64,000 nt of DNA from assembly GCA_013265495.1 (NCBI GenBank), contig MU061538.1:1118001-1182000 (forward strand), given 5' to 3'. The position numbers and the translations under genes are program-made. Shown here piece by piece: positions 23,531 through 37,903 of this stretch. Source of the stretch: Vicugna vicugna. Its lineage: Eukaryota. Under the pieces are notes generated by a model. It made no database searches. It had not been told where the DNA came from and saw only the letters and a program-made list of their open reading frames with translations. Position 1 is the first letter of the stretch, and each line of letters opens with the position of its first letter.

Positions 23531-25507
23531 GTCCTCCTCCAGAGATATTGAGCCACTTCACTGCTGAGTGTACTCTGTACCTTTCCACCTGTATGTTTTG
23601 CTTGTCACTTTCTTTGATTGAAATGCCTTTCCTCTTTTTGGTAAATAAAGCTGCAAGTAAGATGCCACTACCATCAAAAACATTTGCCTAAACGTTTTTC
23701 TTCCCAAATAGAAGTTGGGAATCTTTCTGCCTCTGCAACTTTTGTAACATTTTAACTTCAGCTTTGACATTGATTTCAATCCTGTAGTTACTATTCTTTT
23801 GGATTCGTTGTATCTCTCCTGGACACTAGAATATAAGCTGTTTGAGATCAAGGACTGTGTCCAGCCCATATTCAGGTCCATCAGCCAAGAGTGGCTAAGA
23901 GCACAGGCCTGGCCGGCAGGTAACTTTCCTCTGCCGGACCTTTCTTGGCATTTACAAGTCTGGGTTGAGGGCAGTCTGTGCTTCACAGGGTCTCTGCAGA
24001 GACAAGGGGTGACGTACGAAGCCCTGAGCACGAGCATCTGTGCTCTCCTCACTCACTCACTCACACCAACACGTATCTGCGGTGGTGAGTCATTATTGGG
24101 CGGTTTGCACAGCAAGAGGAAATCCTTTTGTAAGTGTTAGACCTTGAGGAACGTAAAAACTGGCGGTCGTGATCCAAACAGTAGAAAGCGGTGAGGACAC
24201 TGATGGGGAAGGAGCTTCGGACCATGGCCCACAAAGGCGCGGCCCCCCGCTTTCCTCCTGCGCGGAGTCTGTCTCGGTCGACTCGGCCCCGCTCCCCGCC
24301 CCCGGCCGGGGCTCGTGGTGGGCCCCGTTCTCTCCCACGTGGGGCGGCCCTCCCTGGGGGCCCGCTGGAGGCTTTCTTCCCAGCCCCCGACTCTGCTCAC
24401 AGGACGGGCATTGTTTGTAATTATTTGTTTGTGTGCTTTTATTTATTCTTATTCTATTATTTTATGTTGTTTTCAGCTCTAGGCCATAGGAGATTATCAG
24501 TATTTGTTGAAATACTGGGAATTATTGGATCACTTTAAATAAATTTTATATAAATTCCAAAAATTTGATACCTAATAGGGGTTGCATGAGTGAGACTCCT
24601 TTTTCTGAAAATGCCTCATCAGGGAGCTGGAAGGATAACATATACAGGGTTCCCATCCTTCTGTTTTGTCTGTCAGTTCCTCACAGTGTGCTGTTTTGCC
24701 GAGAATGGGTAGTTCGGGGTTGAACGGTAACAGGACGTTAGTGTCAGCTCTGGGCCTCTTTCACATTTCTTTCCAGGGCTGAAAGACACTAGGGCTGCCT
24801 CACGAAGGACAGCTGTATTGATAAAGCTGGACTCAGACAGGTTTTAGGGTTCATCAGTTTTAAAGACAGTGCAGATCGCATTCCATGTAGTTGGTTATTG
24901 ATCGGTGGCTTTTTGGTGGTTTTTTCAGGAGTGTTTGTGTTATAGCAGTGAGTGGTGTGTATGTCAGCAGACTCTTTCTCCAGGGTTCTTTCTGTGGGTT
25001 GATTTTGGTAATTCCAGTGTTAATATTTCTGGGAATTTTTTAGTATATGAAGATGATATAAATGGAAAGTATTGATGGTAGTGATTAAGGTTTGAATTTC
25101 TTATTTTAAACATTATGCAGGTTAGTATGGATGAGAAACCAGTGTTGGACTGGGTGATCTGTTCCTTCCAGCTCTAAAATACCGGCTTGGGCATAAAGAG
25201 AGATTACTGTATTTAGCTTTTCGGATGTTTAGAATTCATACATTGGTTTGCCGTTGAGAGAGTTCTTTCTTTAACCCTTTGGTAGCCTGAAAAAAATCCA
25301 ATTTGCATGTACGTAGATACTCAGCTTGTGATGTATTTAGTTATATACTAAGAAATTTCTACTTAATTTGCAAATAGACTAGTTTAAGCATTTTTATTTC
25401 AGATTCCTAGTAATTTGAATGGTTCGCCAGTAAGCCAAGTAGCTTTCAATATTCTCACTATCACTATTTTTGTAATGTGTTATTCAGCAGTTGATCTTTA
25501 AATTTAG

Positions 25508-25580
25508 ATTCTCGAAGACCTGGATGAACAAATTTATATGATTACCCTAGAGGAAGAAGCACTCCAGAGACGACTAAATG
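25508..25580 (+). CDS. LMBR1: LMBR1 exon 9 (73 nt): ILEDLDEQIYMITLEEEALQRRLN
   Basis: aatttag| ... |gtgcgt; frame continuous. Confidence 0.97.
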
Positions 25581-28500
25581 GTGCGTATATGTCTAAATGA
25601 CCAGGATAAAAATTATCGAATTTAAAAAAGACAGATAATTGAGAGGAGAAATACAAGCTTCTCAGTACCTTGTGCTGTTCCATGGGGTCAAGACGTAAGA
25701 GTGATATGTAACCTTCCTGGGGGAAGGAAGTTTTGCCGAGGACCAGTGGCTCTTTGGTAAAGTTCCCGTCTCTCCCTGACTGAAATTAGCTGTAATCTGG
25801 CAGCATCAGTTCAGTTCCGAGACACTGACCACTAAGAAGTATCCTTCCGTTAGTTTATTTTAGGCATTATTACTTGTAGTTACTGAGGTTTTGCAGATTT
25901 GCATGTTATCTTAGTGACTGTATTCTCTCAACTTTATTTCTCTCCTGAGGTCTCAAATTTATGGTAAAAAGCAGTATTTCTCTTACACCAAGGTGCCAAG
26001 TTAGACTCTGTTGTACTTAGGAACTCTGTTGTTACCTGAGGGTGCTGTTCATTTTCAGGTGATAACAAAGTAAGCATGTGAAAGATTTTAAAATTTAGTT
26101 TTTAATTACTGATCATTTTTGGGTTCAAATGGTGAATCAATGAAGAAAAGAGTAATGACAGTTTAAATTTAAATTAAATTAAAAGAGAAATGACATAGTA
26201 AATTTTTAAACATTTTATGTAAGTGATATTTACCCTGCACTCTTTTCTCCTACAAACTTTTTTTTTTTAATGTTAAAAACCTACCGTCAAGGTATAAAAT
26301 GGAAGGTTGCTTTAACTCTGAAATATTGAGAAATAGGAAGAAATATACCCACTTTCTTCAGTTACAAATAGTGAATTTAAATCATCAACCGAAAAGTGTT
26401 GGTAACTTTTAGAGCTTTGTTCTTAGATCAAAGAATTTCAGATTGTGTGTATTCTAGGGAATTCTTGTTAGTTAGTACTGTACACTTTGATACTAGTAAC
26501 TTTTAGACTGGAACTGCATGTATCTTTTATTTTTCTAGCTTTATTAAAGCTACTTTAACATTAAATATTTAAACCTATTTAATTTAGGAATTATAAATTT
26601 AATCAATATTGTCAGCTTTATAATACTTCATTAAAGTAGCAGATATTACAATGAATGTGTCATATTTAAGTAATCATGCTGTTGTGTGATAAACGTACCT
26701 GAATCATAGAGAATAGGTGTCCAGCTGCCTCCTGCGGAGGGGGTAATGCTTCAGCCTAGGTATATACTCTTCCGTCTTACAGCCAGGAGGCTGCCGTCTA
26801 GGAAGGGTGAAATATACTGCCCTATGAATTAAAGACTTTCAATGAAGTCTCATCAAAACAGACCCCAAAATACAGCCTTTTCTCACTTTGTCCTTCCACA
26901 GTGGGACAAAAGTCCCTCCAGAATCTTTCTAGGTCCTCTGGCTCCTCAAATCAAAAGTGATTTGTTGTATCTAAAGAAATTGAAAAGGAAATACTTGCCA
27001 GAAGTCTGAAGTATCATAAAATGAGGCCAAGCCAAAGTAAACAAAACACCCCGACTAGCACAGAAATGTGGTTTGGAGAGGATTAAGGATGACATGATAA
27101 CTGGCGCTGAGTGTCATTTTATTTCCTGCCGTTCTGGTGAGCCGTGCTGCTCTGGTAGCACCGTGGGCTGGTCTGCGTGCAAAATGATAGGCTTGTCACA
27201 TAAAGGCTCCCACGGCCAACGGGACATTCTGACTAATGCAGACTAGGACTGTGAGCTTCAGCAGAGGACATTTATCAGTGTGTGCAGAGGGGGTACAAGG
27301 TGGGACAAAGCAGTGCTGTATGGCTTGCTGTTTTTTAAGGAAGTATAAATCATGGGGGGTTAGTAATGGAAATCATCCCCTGGGTTTTATTTCATTGAGT
27401 ATTTTGTCCACTGTGTTTTGCTGTAACAGTTATTTTATATTTTACATTATTTTTTGAAATGCAGTTTTAATTTTTTTACTCTGGGCTGTTAAAAAAATTG
27501 CATACTGACTAGAATGAAAGATTTTTTTTTTAAATGCAGATGATAGCGGTGACTTACTCTGGAATGTGTGGTGGTGTTTTGCTGATGGTACCGGGAGTGA
27601 GCTTTCTTGGTCTGTGTGGGCTGTGACGCCCGTCACGTGACTCTCTGGGGCATCTGCACGGTCTGCTCTGAGCCCAGCTGTGCAGTTACCTGGAAGTCAT
27701 GGCACTTCATACGAAGGGGTGCTTTGCTGGAGGAGCAACACTGCTTTTTTCCTGGAAGATAAGACGGCTTGTGGTAGTTACCGTATTACTGGAGTTGAGT
27801 TGTCATGCCTGGTGTTTGAGCTGTCAGTGTGGCTTTACGGTGGAGTCCTGCCTGTGACTTCTCCATTGTTCCTGGCTGATACTTCATGGTGCTGGAGGGT
27901 TTGTTCTCGTTAATACTGTTGTTATTTCATGATGTACAGTGATGAAGTAAAGCGCACCTGCACGCCGTTACAGGGCAAGGCGGTGTCCTCAAGAAGCCAT
28001 TGTGTTACCAGTCTGCTCCACTCTTTCTTCTCCCTTCTCTGTTTGCTGCACATCTTCTTCTAAGCACCAGCCATCGTGTAGTTGAATTTAGAACCTGAGT
28101 CTCAAGATCATAGACAAGTTAACTGAAGAAGAGGGAGAGAAAGGATGAGAATCTGTGGAGATTGTATCCAGCACTGAAAGACTTGAAGAAAAGCACTAGA
28201 GGGAAGGAGCTGAACGTGTTCCTGGAGCGGGAGGGAGCCCGAGCTCTGCGTCCGGTTGAGACCACCGGTCCCTGGCGCTCACATCATCCTGGCAGGAGTC
28301 AGGTGACGTCCCCAGAGCTCCCTGCTCCCTCCCGCCCCAGCACTTGAGCCTCTCAGGAATACTGGCTGCATTTTGCCCTCTTCCCCTTTCGATAGTCAGC
28401 CGAGGAGCCCAGAATACCCAGGTCTTTGCATCGTGGACTCTCTGTTGCCCGTGTGCCAGTTCTGACCCAGTTTCCCACTGAAGAACCTTGGTTCTCCCAG

Positions 28501-28599
28501 CACCCCTGGCTCCTCTGGAACCACCCCCCGCCCACCTCGGGTAGGAGCTCTGTTTTCCCTCATCCCTTTCTACTCCTGCTGGAGTGTGGGTGGGGTCCT

Positions 28600-31380
28600 C
28601 TTGCTCTCTTTCAGGCACATTGAATCTCCTGTCTTTAGACCTTGACCTGATGGATTTCTTACCCCCTCTCCAGTTCCCGTCCCCTCCAGGCTCTTCCTGC
28701 TCCTTCGTGGGGGATGTGGTTTGACGTCCGCATTCCGATCATCCTCTCTGCTGCAGCACCTGTCGAGGTTCTCAGTGGCTTCAGGGTCCCTGCGGTGACC
28801 TGGCAGCCTGGGGGGCTCGCTGGCCTCTCCTGGTAACCTCCCGCAGCTGTTACTGCTGGGGCTGTAGCTCAGGCCTCAGCAGCAGCAGCAGCAGCTTGAG
28901 TTCTGCATAGTCTCAGACCAGTCATCCCACTCTCCATCTCTGATTTTTCCAGCTCACTCCCCGCAGTTCTTCAGTATTGAGACTTAACGTGCCATTTGTT
29001 TATCCTAATAACTTTTCACTGCCTTTCCTCCTGCATTTCCTTCATACTCTTGCTTTGTCACACTTTAAATTCCTGGGCCGGTGTTACCGTCTGTCCCTTG
29101 CGCGCACTCCCGGTCCCTTTCCCTCTCACCGTACTGCCCTCGTGCCTGGCCACGCTCACCCAGCCTTGCTTGTATCCAACCCTGGGCGTCCCCTGCACTC
29201 ACCTCTGTCCAGCCACCTGACCATGACTGCCCGGCCTCGCTTGACGTGTGTGACCTACATTCTCCTGGATGTCTGTTAGAGCTTCTCTTTTCTCGAGCCT
29301 TCTTCACTGTCACTCTCAGCTGATAGCTTTGCTTCCTGTTTTCTTAAGAAAATAGAAGCAGTTATGACAAAGATGTTCTCAAGCTTTTTCCTTCGTGTTG
29401 ATTCACCTCCATGCAGCTGCGCCTGCTTGGGCTGCCTTTTCTCCTTAACCTCTGGCTGGACTGTCCCTGCTTCTGTTTGAGGTCCCCTCCCCTGCCACAC
29501 TAGGTTCTGTCCCTTCTCACCAGTTCCTCGACAGACCTTCAGCCATTCTGCCATCTCTTGTGGAGAATCACCTCTCACCCGCTGGATCCCTTCTGTCAGC
29601 TAGAGAAGTACAGCGACTCTTCTCAACAGAATGAAAGTATGAAGGAAAGAGAGGAAGGAAGGCGGTGTCGACGAAAAACTGATCAGCTGATCTAAGAAAG
29701 AAATGGAAAGTTTTATTCCAGCCAAATTGCGACTTACAACCTGGGAATAGCCTCTCGGGTAGCTCCGAGGACCACTCCTCCCATTAGAGGTCAAAGCACA
29801 GTTATATTCATTTTTGAGACAGGGGGCTGCACGTTAAGTGAGGTATTATTGACAGTTCATACATCCCAGACCCACGGAGTGAGTAGTGGTTAGTGGGTCA
29901 TCGTGGCGCCTTACCAGGTTAGGAAGGAGGGTTATCTCCTGCGGAGCTGTCTTGTTGGTGCCAAGAGGGTGTTGCTGTTTACAGCTGAGCAGGTTTTTCT
30001 GTTGATGGGGAGGTTTGGTCGGTGCGCAGCGTGGACGCACGGTGCCCGGTGAGGGGCGAAAGGAGGCCTGAGGACAGAGAGAACTTTCAGGTTAAAACTT
30101 TCCTTGACTTGCCTTAGATGACACATCTTCGTTTCATCCGAAGGAAGGGAGACGAGTCAGTCTGTCCTGACCTCCTGCCAGCTTGCTGCCTCATTGCTTC
30201 CTCCCATTAGAGCAGAACCCACCAGGGTTGTACTCTCACTGGTGTCCTTTCTGTGCTCCGCTTTGGTTTTGAGCTCGTCCTTGCCTCCACGACTCTCCCG
30301 AGATGCTGTCGTCAGGTTGGCCATGACTTCATAGTCCTCATCTACACTCCTTTCTCCCTGAGATGTTTTTATTCCACTTGGTTTTCAGTTCGCTGCACTT
30401 CCTTTGTCCTTCTGCTAGTGGGCTGCTTCTCCTCAGTCTGCTTGGCTGGTTTTTCTCTGGGCCCATCCCTTCTTCACACTGGAATGACTCGTGCCTCTGT
30501 CTCCCTGCCCTCCTCCGGTTCTGTCTTCTGGCTGCTCAGCTGTAACCACCACCCGTGCGCTGCCACCCTCCAGCCATCTGCTGCGCTCCTGCTGGCGTGT
30601 CTAGTCGGCACCTGGAATGGATCTCGTCCCAAATCCACTAATCCTGCTGCTGTGTCAGGGGCCCCATCCCTCGTCCCTGTTGGCGGCAAACTCCTTCCAG
30701 TGCTCAGGCCGATGCCTCTGTCTCTTTCTCTTAATTCCTGTGTGGATTTCTCCAGCCAGGCTGCTGGCTTTAGCTCCTGAGTATCTCCAGCGTCTGACCA
30801 TGCCCCCCACTTGAACTGTCACCACTCTGGTCTGAGGAACAGTCACCTCTTGGTTAGATTTTGTAGTTTCCTGTTGGCCTCCATGCATCTGTCTTTGGCC
30901 TTGAAAGTCAGAGAGAGCACTTGAACATGTGAGTCAGACCTGACTTGTTTGCTCAGTATCCTCCAGTGGCGTCCTGTTTCCACAAGAACAAAAGCCAGGG
31001 TCGTTCCAGCGGCTCCCCTCTGTGCCTCCTGCACGTCTAACTTCCTCCCCTGCAGGCCCCTTGCTGCTCTCCCTTCACGCGCCTGTCCTGCCTCTGCTTC
31101 CTGCCTTCAGGTCCTCACCCGCCGGTCCCCTCCTCGGCAGGTTGTCCCCGGGGCTGTGATTTAACACTGCAGGCCCACCTCACCCGGCACTTGCCCCCCG
31201 GTTCCTGCTTTATTATTTCCACTCGCTGACATACTGTTTCACTTTTCATGTATTGCCCACCTTTCCACCTCGGACAGGAATGCTGCAGGGCAGGGATTTT
31301 TGCTTGTTTTCTTCCTGATCCTCTGACGTTGCTAGGCACACGGTGGGTTGGTAGTAAGTATTTGTTGCGTGTGTAAATGG
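28600..31380 (+). mobile_element. Long decayed L2 (ORF2 3' part to 3' terminus), interrupted by an LTR
   Basis: C/T-rich L2-like sequence ending gctaggcacacggtgggttggtagtaagtatttgttg (L2 terminus); 5' boundary uncertain. Confidence 0.6.
29666..30136 (-). mobile_element. Probable solo ERV LTR
   Basis: Begins tgt and ends tttca (TG...CA), with ttttatt (antisense AATAAA) near the left end and an abrupt composition change within L2; no TSD found. Confidence 0.55.
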
Positions 31381-34300
31381 TTGGATAAAAAACCATGCAC
31401 AGTGGAGAGCTGTCATTTTACCATCGATTGAAGAAGGAAGGAGTAAAATTTGGTGATAGAATCAAAGACAGTCGCGTGGAAGGAGTATTTAGGAAAGCCC
31501 AGCAGAGACCTCCGGAGTCGAGCCAGGGCGGAGGGGCTGGAGGGCTGCGTGTGCTGGGCGGTGGAGAAGCAGAAGTGTGGTGATTTCCCCTGTTGTTAAG
31601 CCATGAAGTATGAGCAGTCACGAGCCACTTCTGCTCCAGGACCCCCGAAGACTAGCCCAGCAGGAAGTCCCATTGCGTTAATCGTGGGAGGAAATCTTCC
31701 GTGATTCCTCCCCAGGATTAAGATGCATATATCATTAGCGTGTTTAAATGTCTAGGTGGTGCAACAGCATTAACTGAAATAATTAGCTTTCGTGTGTGTA
31801 TAGCCGATGGCTGTACTGGGTAACTTTAGAAGTGCCATAATGAATAGGAATTATTTTTTGTTGTTTAAGTTCAAAACCCTCACAGTTCTTTTAATGTAAT
31901 TTATTTAAAAATATTATAGCCTTTGAACTTAATGATTCAATTCAGTTTTGGTAGGTCCTATTTTCATCTTCACACAAGAAGTTAGTCTATCACTTTTGGC
32001 AGTAGTTACTTCCCTGCTTCATTCTAATGTTTTTTTAAAGCTTTTTCTGTTGCAGTTTGTAGAACTCTTTATTCTTAAGAGCACAGAAGATGGACTTGTT
32101 TCATTTTTGCTGAGTGTCCTGTTGCAACACCTTTGTATTCTAAAAGGTAAAGGATTGAAATAAACAACACATCCCACTTTTTCATGGAGCTTAGTGACCT
32201 GCCCGGAGCGTTTTGTGGCCGTCAGTCCTTGAGGCCTGCTGTTTGTAACCAAGCTCAGCTTGCCAGGCAGCCCTATGATGATGCCAGGGCTTAGGGCGGC
32301 ACCCTGCTGTGCTGGTCTTGGCGGGGTGGCATCCTGTTGGAGGGTCCCCGTCGTCCCGGGCAGGGCGATTAGCTGCGTGGTGCCTTTCGCGTAACGGAGC
32401 TCGCGGTGGTTTTTATCTTACGTCCCCTGCGTTCCTGCGTTGCTTTCATCTCGACTTTGCCTAGGCATTTTCCTGTAGTCTATCAACGCTTATTCTAAGA
32501 ATACGATTTACTGTTGGTTATGTCACTAACGTGAGGCTGTCTCAGATTTGTCAGACTCTGGGCCACTTTGAGAAACGTTTGGGCTTGGACAGGCTGAAGG
32601 TGGAAACAAGTATCAGCTATCATCATGAACATGCATAGCCAAGATGGTCAGCACTGAACGACCCTTTTCTTGGCAGCACTGTGACAGAAGAAGGTATTTA
32701 GTGATACCTTAACGTCATGAGCTAGCAGAAAAGAATATGAATTCTACTGGTAACAGTGACTAAGTGGTTTCTTCTGATAAGATACCAACATTTGGGTCCA
32801 AGGGTCTAAAACAGTGAGAGACACCTTGTTACAATTTATTCAGCTTCTTGGGCCATATAATCACTTTTATGACTATAAACTGTGGCCCAAATAATGAGAA
32901 GATGAAGAGAGGAAATGAGGTGAGTGAAGATACAAGCTAATATGCAATATTAGTAGATAAGGAATACTTATGAATAACAAACTGTAGACTAAGAATCAGG
33001 TGTCATATATTCTCTGAAATTTGGAGGGAGAGATTGCTCTGTGTAGATGATCCAGATTTGTTAGCAGAAGGTGAGTTTAATGCATATGTGTTACTTGTTC
33101 AGCCACACACCTGTGGGTGAAGGTGTCCCCGAGAGTAGAATCATAACATCTTATCTACCTTAAAATCTACCAGTAACTTACAGCTAAAGTAGGAAAAAAA
33201 AGGCCAAACCATTACTTTAGTTACATACAGCTTCATATGCTGTTTCTAAAGCTGACTGTGTAGTATTCCCTATCTTGCTTGTGGTCAATTATAATGAGTG
33301 TATTTTGCATTTTCAAATTTGTCTTGGATAGCAAAAGCCTCATATTCCTTCGTTCTATGACTACCCATGTCTTTGTGGATCTGTCACAAGTAAACAGGAA
33401 CTATTAGTGTAACAACTGTTAACATTGCGATGGGGCAGAAACAGAACTGAGTTTCTGAGCGTGTGGGTTGTCTGTCTCCTCGGCAGACAGCAGCAGTGTT
33501 TGTTCACACCCGGGTGGATGCTTTAGAGATTTCGTGTGCAGGCTTCAGTCTTCAGAAGCTCCCTGGGCTCCGTCTAGCTGTCAGTGGCTTCATGGTGCGC
33601 AGTGACTGGCGCTTGCTCGGAGGGTGGGGACTGTCCATCCTGTGAACTGTTAGGGGTCTTGAGCTTTAGTGACCGGCTTGTTTGCCTGAGTGGCTAGAGA
33701 TGATTACAGGCACTTGCCTGACCTCACATTCTCGATGACAGAGATAGCTTTGGTCAATTTAAAGTAGCAAGTGTAATCAGAATTTTAAAGAATTACTTAG
33801 ATAATAGATTTTTGAATCAGCTTTCTCTTAGCTATGTGCTAAATTTAAAAATTAAGTGAAAACACACTGTTTATACTAGAGGTATCTATTTCCCACCAGT
33901 ATTCATTGAGACTAAGTTGAGGACACTGAGTTGTTTAGGGAGATTGTTTTATTGCTTAATGTTACTTGAATTGTTTATATACCCAGTTGGATATTTGTAT
34001 TTGTTTTTCAAAATACAACATTATATATTTTATGTTAAATGATTAGTGTCTGCCCTTTAATGTATGAATGAATGTCAGTCCTATGTATTAAGAGAAGGTG
34101 CAAGGACAGCTTGATTATTAAAGAAGTGCTGGACTCTGGAGAATTCTGTTATCTTGGAAGCAAAATATTTTCAATACCGCACTAGTTTTTCAGCTTAAGT
34201 ATAAAGCTGGGAAAAGTTGCCTTCAGCTACTAGTTTTCCTGAATCCAAAGAGGCGGGTGGGGCAGGATCAAAAATGCTCATTTGATCAAAGTTATTGGCT

Positions 34301-36308
34301 TTGAAGGGGCTCTTACCTGTGTGAGAAAGATGAAAGGTGTTGTTTTTATTGCATGCTAGTAACAGGGTGATTCTGAACTAATTGGTGGTGAACTGCCAAT
34401 CACCTAAGGGGAATGCAAATAGATACTCTTACAGTTTCCTTTGAGGTAGTGAAATCTTATGTCGAGGCTGGAAGGAAAACGGAATAATACCGTTAAATTG
34501 ACCTTAAATGAGCTGCTTTGTGGTTTTCTTGGAGAATCCCTTTTTCTTTTTCATGACTAGCCCAAACAGGTTTTGTCTGCCAATTTGACTTATTGACTAG
34601 ACAATGCTGACTTGGAACATTTTAGATTCATTTCGAAATAAAGTAATGGTAATACTGTTCTTCAGGATGTTTTTGATGATTTTGTAGGTGCAACTTGAAT
34701 TTGTGTGGCATTCCAGCGTTTGTTTGCAGTGTGTCATGATTCCTTACAGTGGCCGTCATTTCCTTCCAGCCATGTACAGTGGAATATTCTGCCCAGACAA
34801 GCTTACTTTGCTCACTTAGGTGATGAGATACATAGTAAAGGACGGTGGTGTCTTTGAAATTGTGTTATTCCAGATGAATCTAGTCCTTTAATAAAAGCCT
34901 GATTTCTTTGAGGACAATAAGAATGTAGTCTTGATTTCAGTGCAAGTCAGGCAGTGTTTATTAGCTGCCTGTTGTGTGCCTAGCATTGTGCCACCACAAA
35001 ATAAAATACAGCATTTCAGAAATACCACCTTAGTTATTCCCCTTTGAAAAGTAGCACATTGATTGGTCTAGACACCCGTATTGAGCTTTGTAGACATCAC
35101 GCTTCCAAGGCGGGCATTTGTGTCTTTTCACTTAGGTGTGAATTCGCAGCAGTTCTGTCTACTCTGGTTCCCTTTCAAAATTCTGAATGTTCATCAGATC
35201 ATTTTTTCTAGCAGTGAACTGGTTAGTGGGATAATCCTTTTCTTTACAAGTATAGAGAATGAAATGTACTTTGGAATTTTATTTGAAATTTATCAGATAT
35301 AGAAGTTAAATGCATTAACTAAAAATACACATCATGTAATTTATAAAGGAATAGGATAAAAAGTAAAATATATTTATCTCTAAGACTGTTACATTCAAAG
35401 ACACTTGAAAATCTTATAAAGCTATGCCATCTTACAGTAAATCTCTTTGTTATGCAGAAATACCTATTAATTCCCTTTTGGGGAATGTTTCCCTTTTTGC
35501 TTTGGCTGCTAGAAACTTTAAACTAAATTTGTAATCAAAGTTTAGTAGTTTGGGGTCATGCTACCTGAATACTATCTTTAACCCCATTCTCTTATATATT
35601 GACAAATAAAATGATGTAACTCGTGAGCTCTGGAGATAGCATGTAACATTTCAGTGCTTTTAAGACCCCAGGTTCTCCAGAAGAGAGCGTGCTGGATTTC
35701 TCTCTCTTTACTGGTGGACAGAGAGGGAAAGGAAATGTAGAGGGGGCAGAACTTACCTTCCGTAGCAACCTGGGGCAGGACTGGAGTTCTGTGATTCCAG
35801 AAGAGGGCTTAGGGAAAAGTGGCCTCTGACTGAACCCCTTATTGCATGTGCACCCTGCTGCCTTGTGCTGTTGGCCGGAATCCCCCCTGGACCTCTCTCC
35901 CTTGGAGAAAGGAGCACTGCTTGCATCTCGAGAGACACCAGAGCAATGAGTCCTCTTCCTCCTGAGTTAGTGCTTCTGGCCAGTTCATCGCTAGTCCCCA
36001 AGAGTGGAAATTGCTGGGCCCTCCAGATGTTTGTCACTGTGTAAGGGACTGTCTGCTCTCAGTAGGTGTGAAAGGAACAGTAGCAGCAGATAAAGAAAGG
36101 TGCCACTCGCTTAAGACTGAATGATGAAGGCGGAGCATCTCAGATGTGTGATTCCTACTGAAGTTAATAAATGGGAGAGACAAATAGGAGTTTGTACTTA
36201 GCCCCCAAAAGTAATACAGATTTTCAAAGAGATAGAATTAGAGCAGAAAAAAGACTGCCTAGAATATGGGAAAATTAAAATTTGGTAGACAAAAGATGAA
36301 ATAGTCCT

Positions 36309-36745
36309 TGTGGTAGACAGAAAAATGGTCTCGCAAAGGTGTCCCAGTCCTAACCCCCAGGGCCTGTAACTACGTCCCCTTACCTGGCCAAAGGGATTTG
36401 GCAGTGTGATTAAGTGGGGCGTCTCGAGATTATCCTGGGTGGTCTGGTAGGACCAGTGTCACCACAGTGTTGTGAGTACAGTTGCGGCAGGAGGGTCAGA
36501 GAAGGAAATGTGGCAGTGGCAGAGGGTGGAGTGGCCTGAGGAAAGGACTGTGAGCCAGTGAGTACTGGCAGCCTCTTAGAGCCAGGAAGACAAACAGGTT
36601 CTCCCTGCGATTCTCTAGAAGGAACAGTCTACTGACACCTTGATTTTAAACTTCCAAGCTCCAGAACTGTAAGAGAATACGTTTGTGTTGCTTTAAGCCA
36701 CTAAGTTATGGTCGTTTGTTATAGTAGCAATAGAAGGACAGTACA
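36309..36745 (+). mobile_element. MaLR solo LTR (MLT1, D-like)
   Basis: tgtggtagacagaaaaatgg...gagattatcctgg...ccagaactgtaagagaata...tttaagccactaagtt...ttgttatagtagcaatagaa...taca. Confidence 0.88.
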
Positions 36746-37739
36746 GCTCTTCTGAAGATTGAATTAATCCTTTGGTAGAATCAAGTGGAAGAACTATTTC
36801 ACGTCACAGAACAAAAGTACGAAGAGAAGGAAGTCACTGATGAAACAATCAACTTGGGCTACAGAGCTGATACACCTAATCTAGAGAGTAGCCACCTAGA
36901 AGGAGAAAAAAGAAAAGGAGAGAAATTTAAGTAAATAAATAATAGAAGAAAATGTGAATGAGCTGAGGGGAGACTTGAGTGTACCTTAAAAATTAGGTTA
37001 CAGAGACCTAGGCAAGATTATTAAGCAGGAAGATCCAGAGTTATTCTATAAGATTCATGAATTCCAAGAATAATGATAATAATTTAAAAACTTACAAGTT
37101 TTTACATAGAAAAGTTACTTACGAAGGAGAGAGAGAGCAACGTCAGACTTCCTGTTCATAACCTGTTAAGGATGTTTGAATAAGATGTAGTCTTGCAGGG
37201 CAGGAAAGAGTGCAATTAAAAACTCATTTATTTCCAAAGATGTCATGTATGTATTAGGGCCCCAAAAGATATTCATTAATTTATTCATTTGATAAACTGT
37301 GTATTTAGTGACTAATTTGTGCTAGGTCCCATTCTAGTTGTTAAGGATACGAAAGCTTCCATACTAATGGAAAAATTTAGTAGCACTCTCAAACTAAATG
37401 TTTTTAAAATAATCTCAGCACAATCCAGAATTTAGGAGGGGAAGATGGAAAGCAATGAGAGAATGGCTTTAAAAAGCCTTGTGAACATTTCACCCTGGTG
37501 TGGGTAAGTTACCTAGTAAGATATTCCTGTGTGGTTATGTTGAAAAAAACACAAGTCTAAGAATGTGTGTTAAAAATGAGAAAGTAACCATCGAAGTGTC
37601 AAATTAACATGGGGAAGAAGAATAAACAGAAACTTCACTTGCTGGGGAAAGAAGCAAAATAAAGCAAAATGAAATAAACAGAGATTATGAGATTACATGA
37701 AAGGAGAATGAACACCAGTCTTCGTAATAAGCTAGCCTG

Positions 37740-37903
37740 TGGATGGCAGGGTTCAGTCCCTGGATGTCACTGTTGAGCTGCTGGAAAACCCAATTTGAAG
37801 CCCATTCTGTGTGTGATCTTCTAATTACATGAAATTATTTCCTTATTTTTTAAGCTACTTTGAGTTGAGTTTTCTGATTGAGTACAAAGCATCCTAATAA
37901 TAC
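37740..37903 (+). mobile_element. Old MLT1 LTR 3' fragment
   Basis: tttaagctactttgagttgagttttctg...aaagcatcctaataataca. Confidence 0.6.

Noticed and set aside
28877..28894. (CAG)6 as a polyglutamine-coding tract
   Set aside because: Intronic, short and without exon context
30253..30780. 175-aa hydrophobic ORF
   Set aside because: Lies in C/T-rich decayed L2 sequence; no real start codon or splice context
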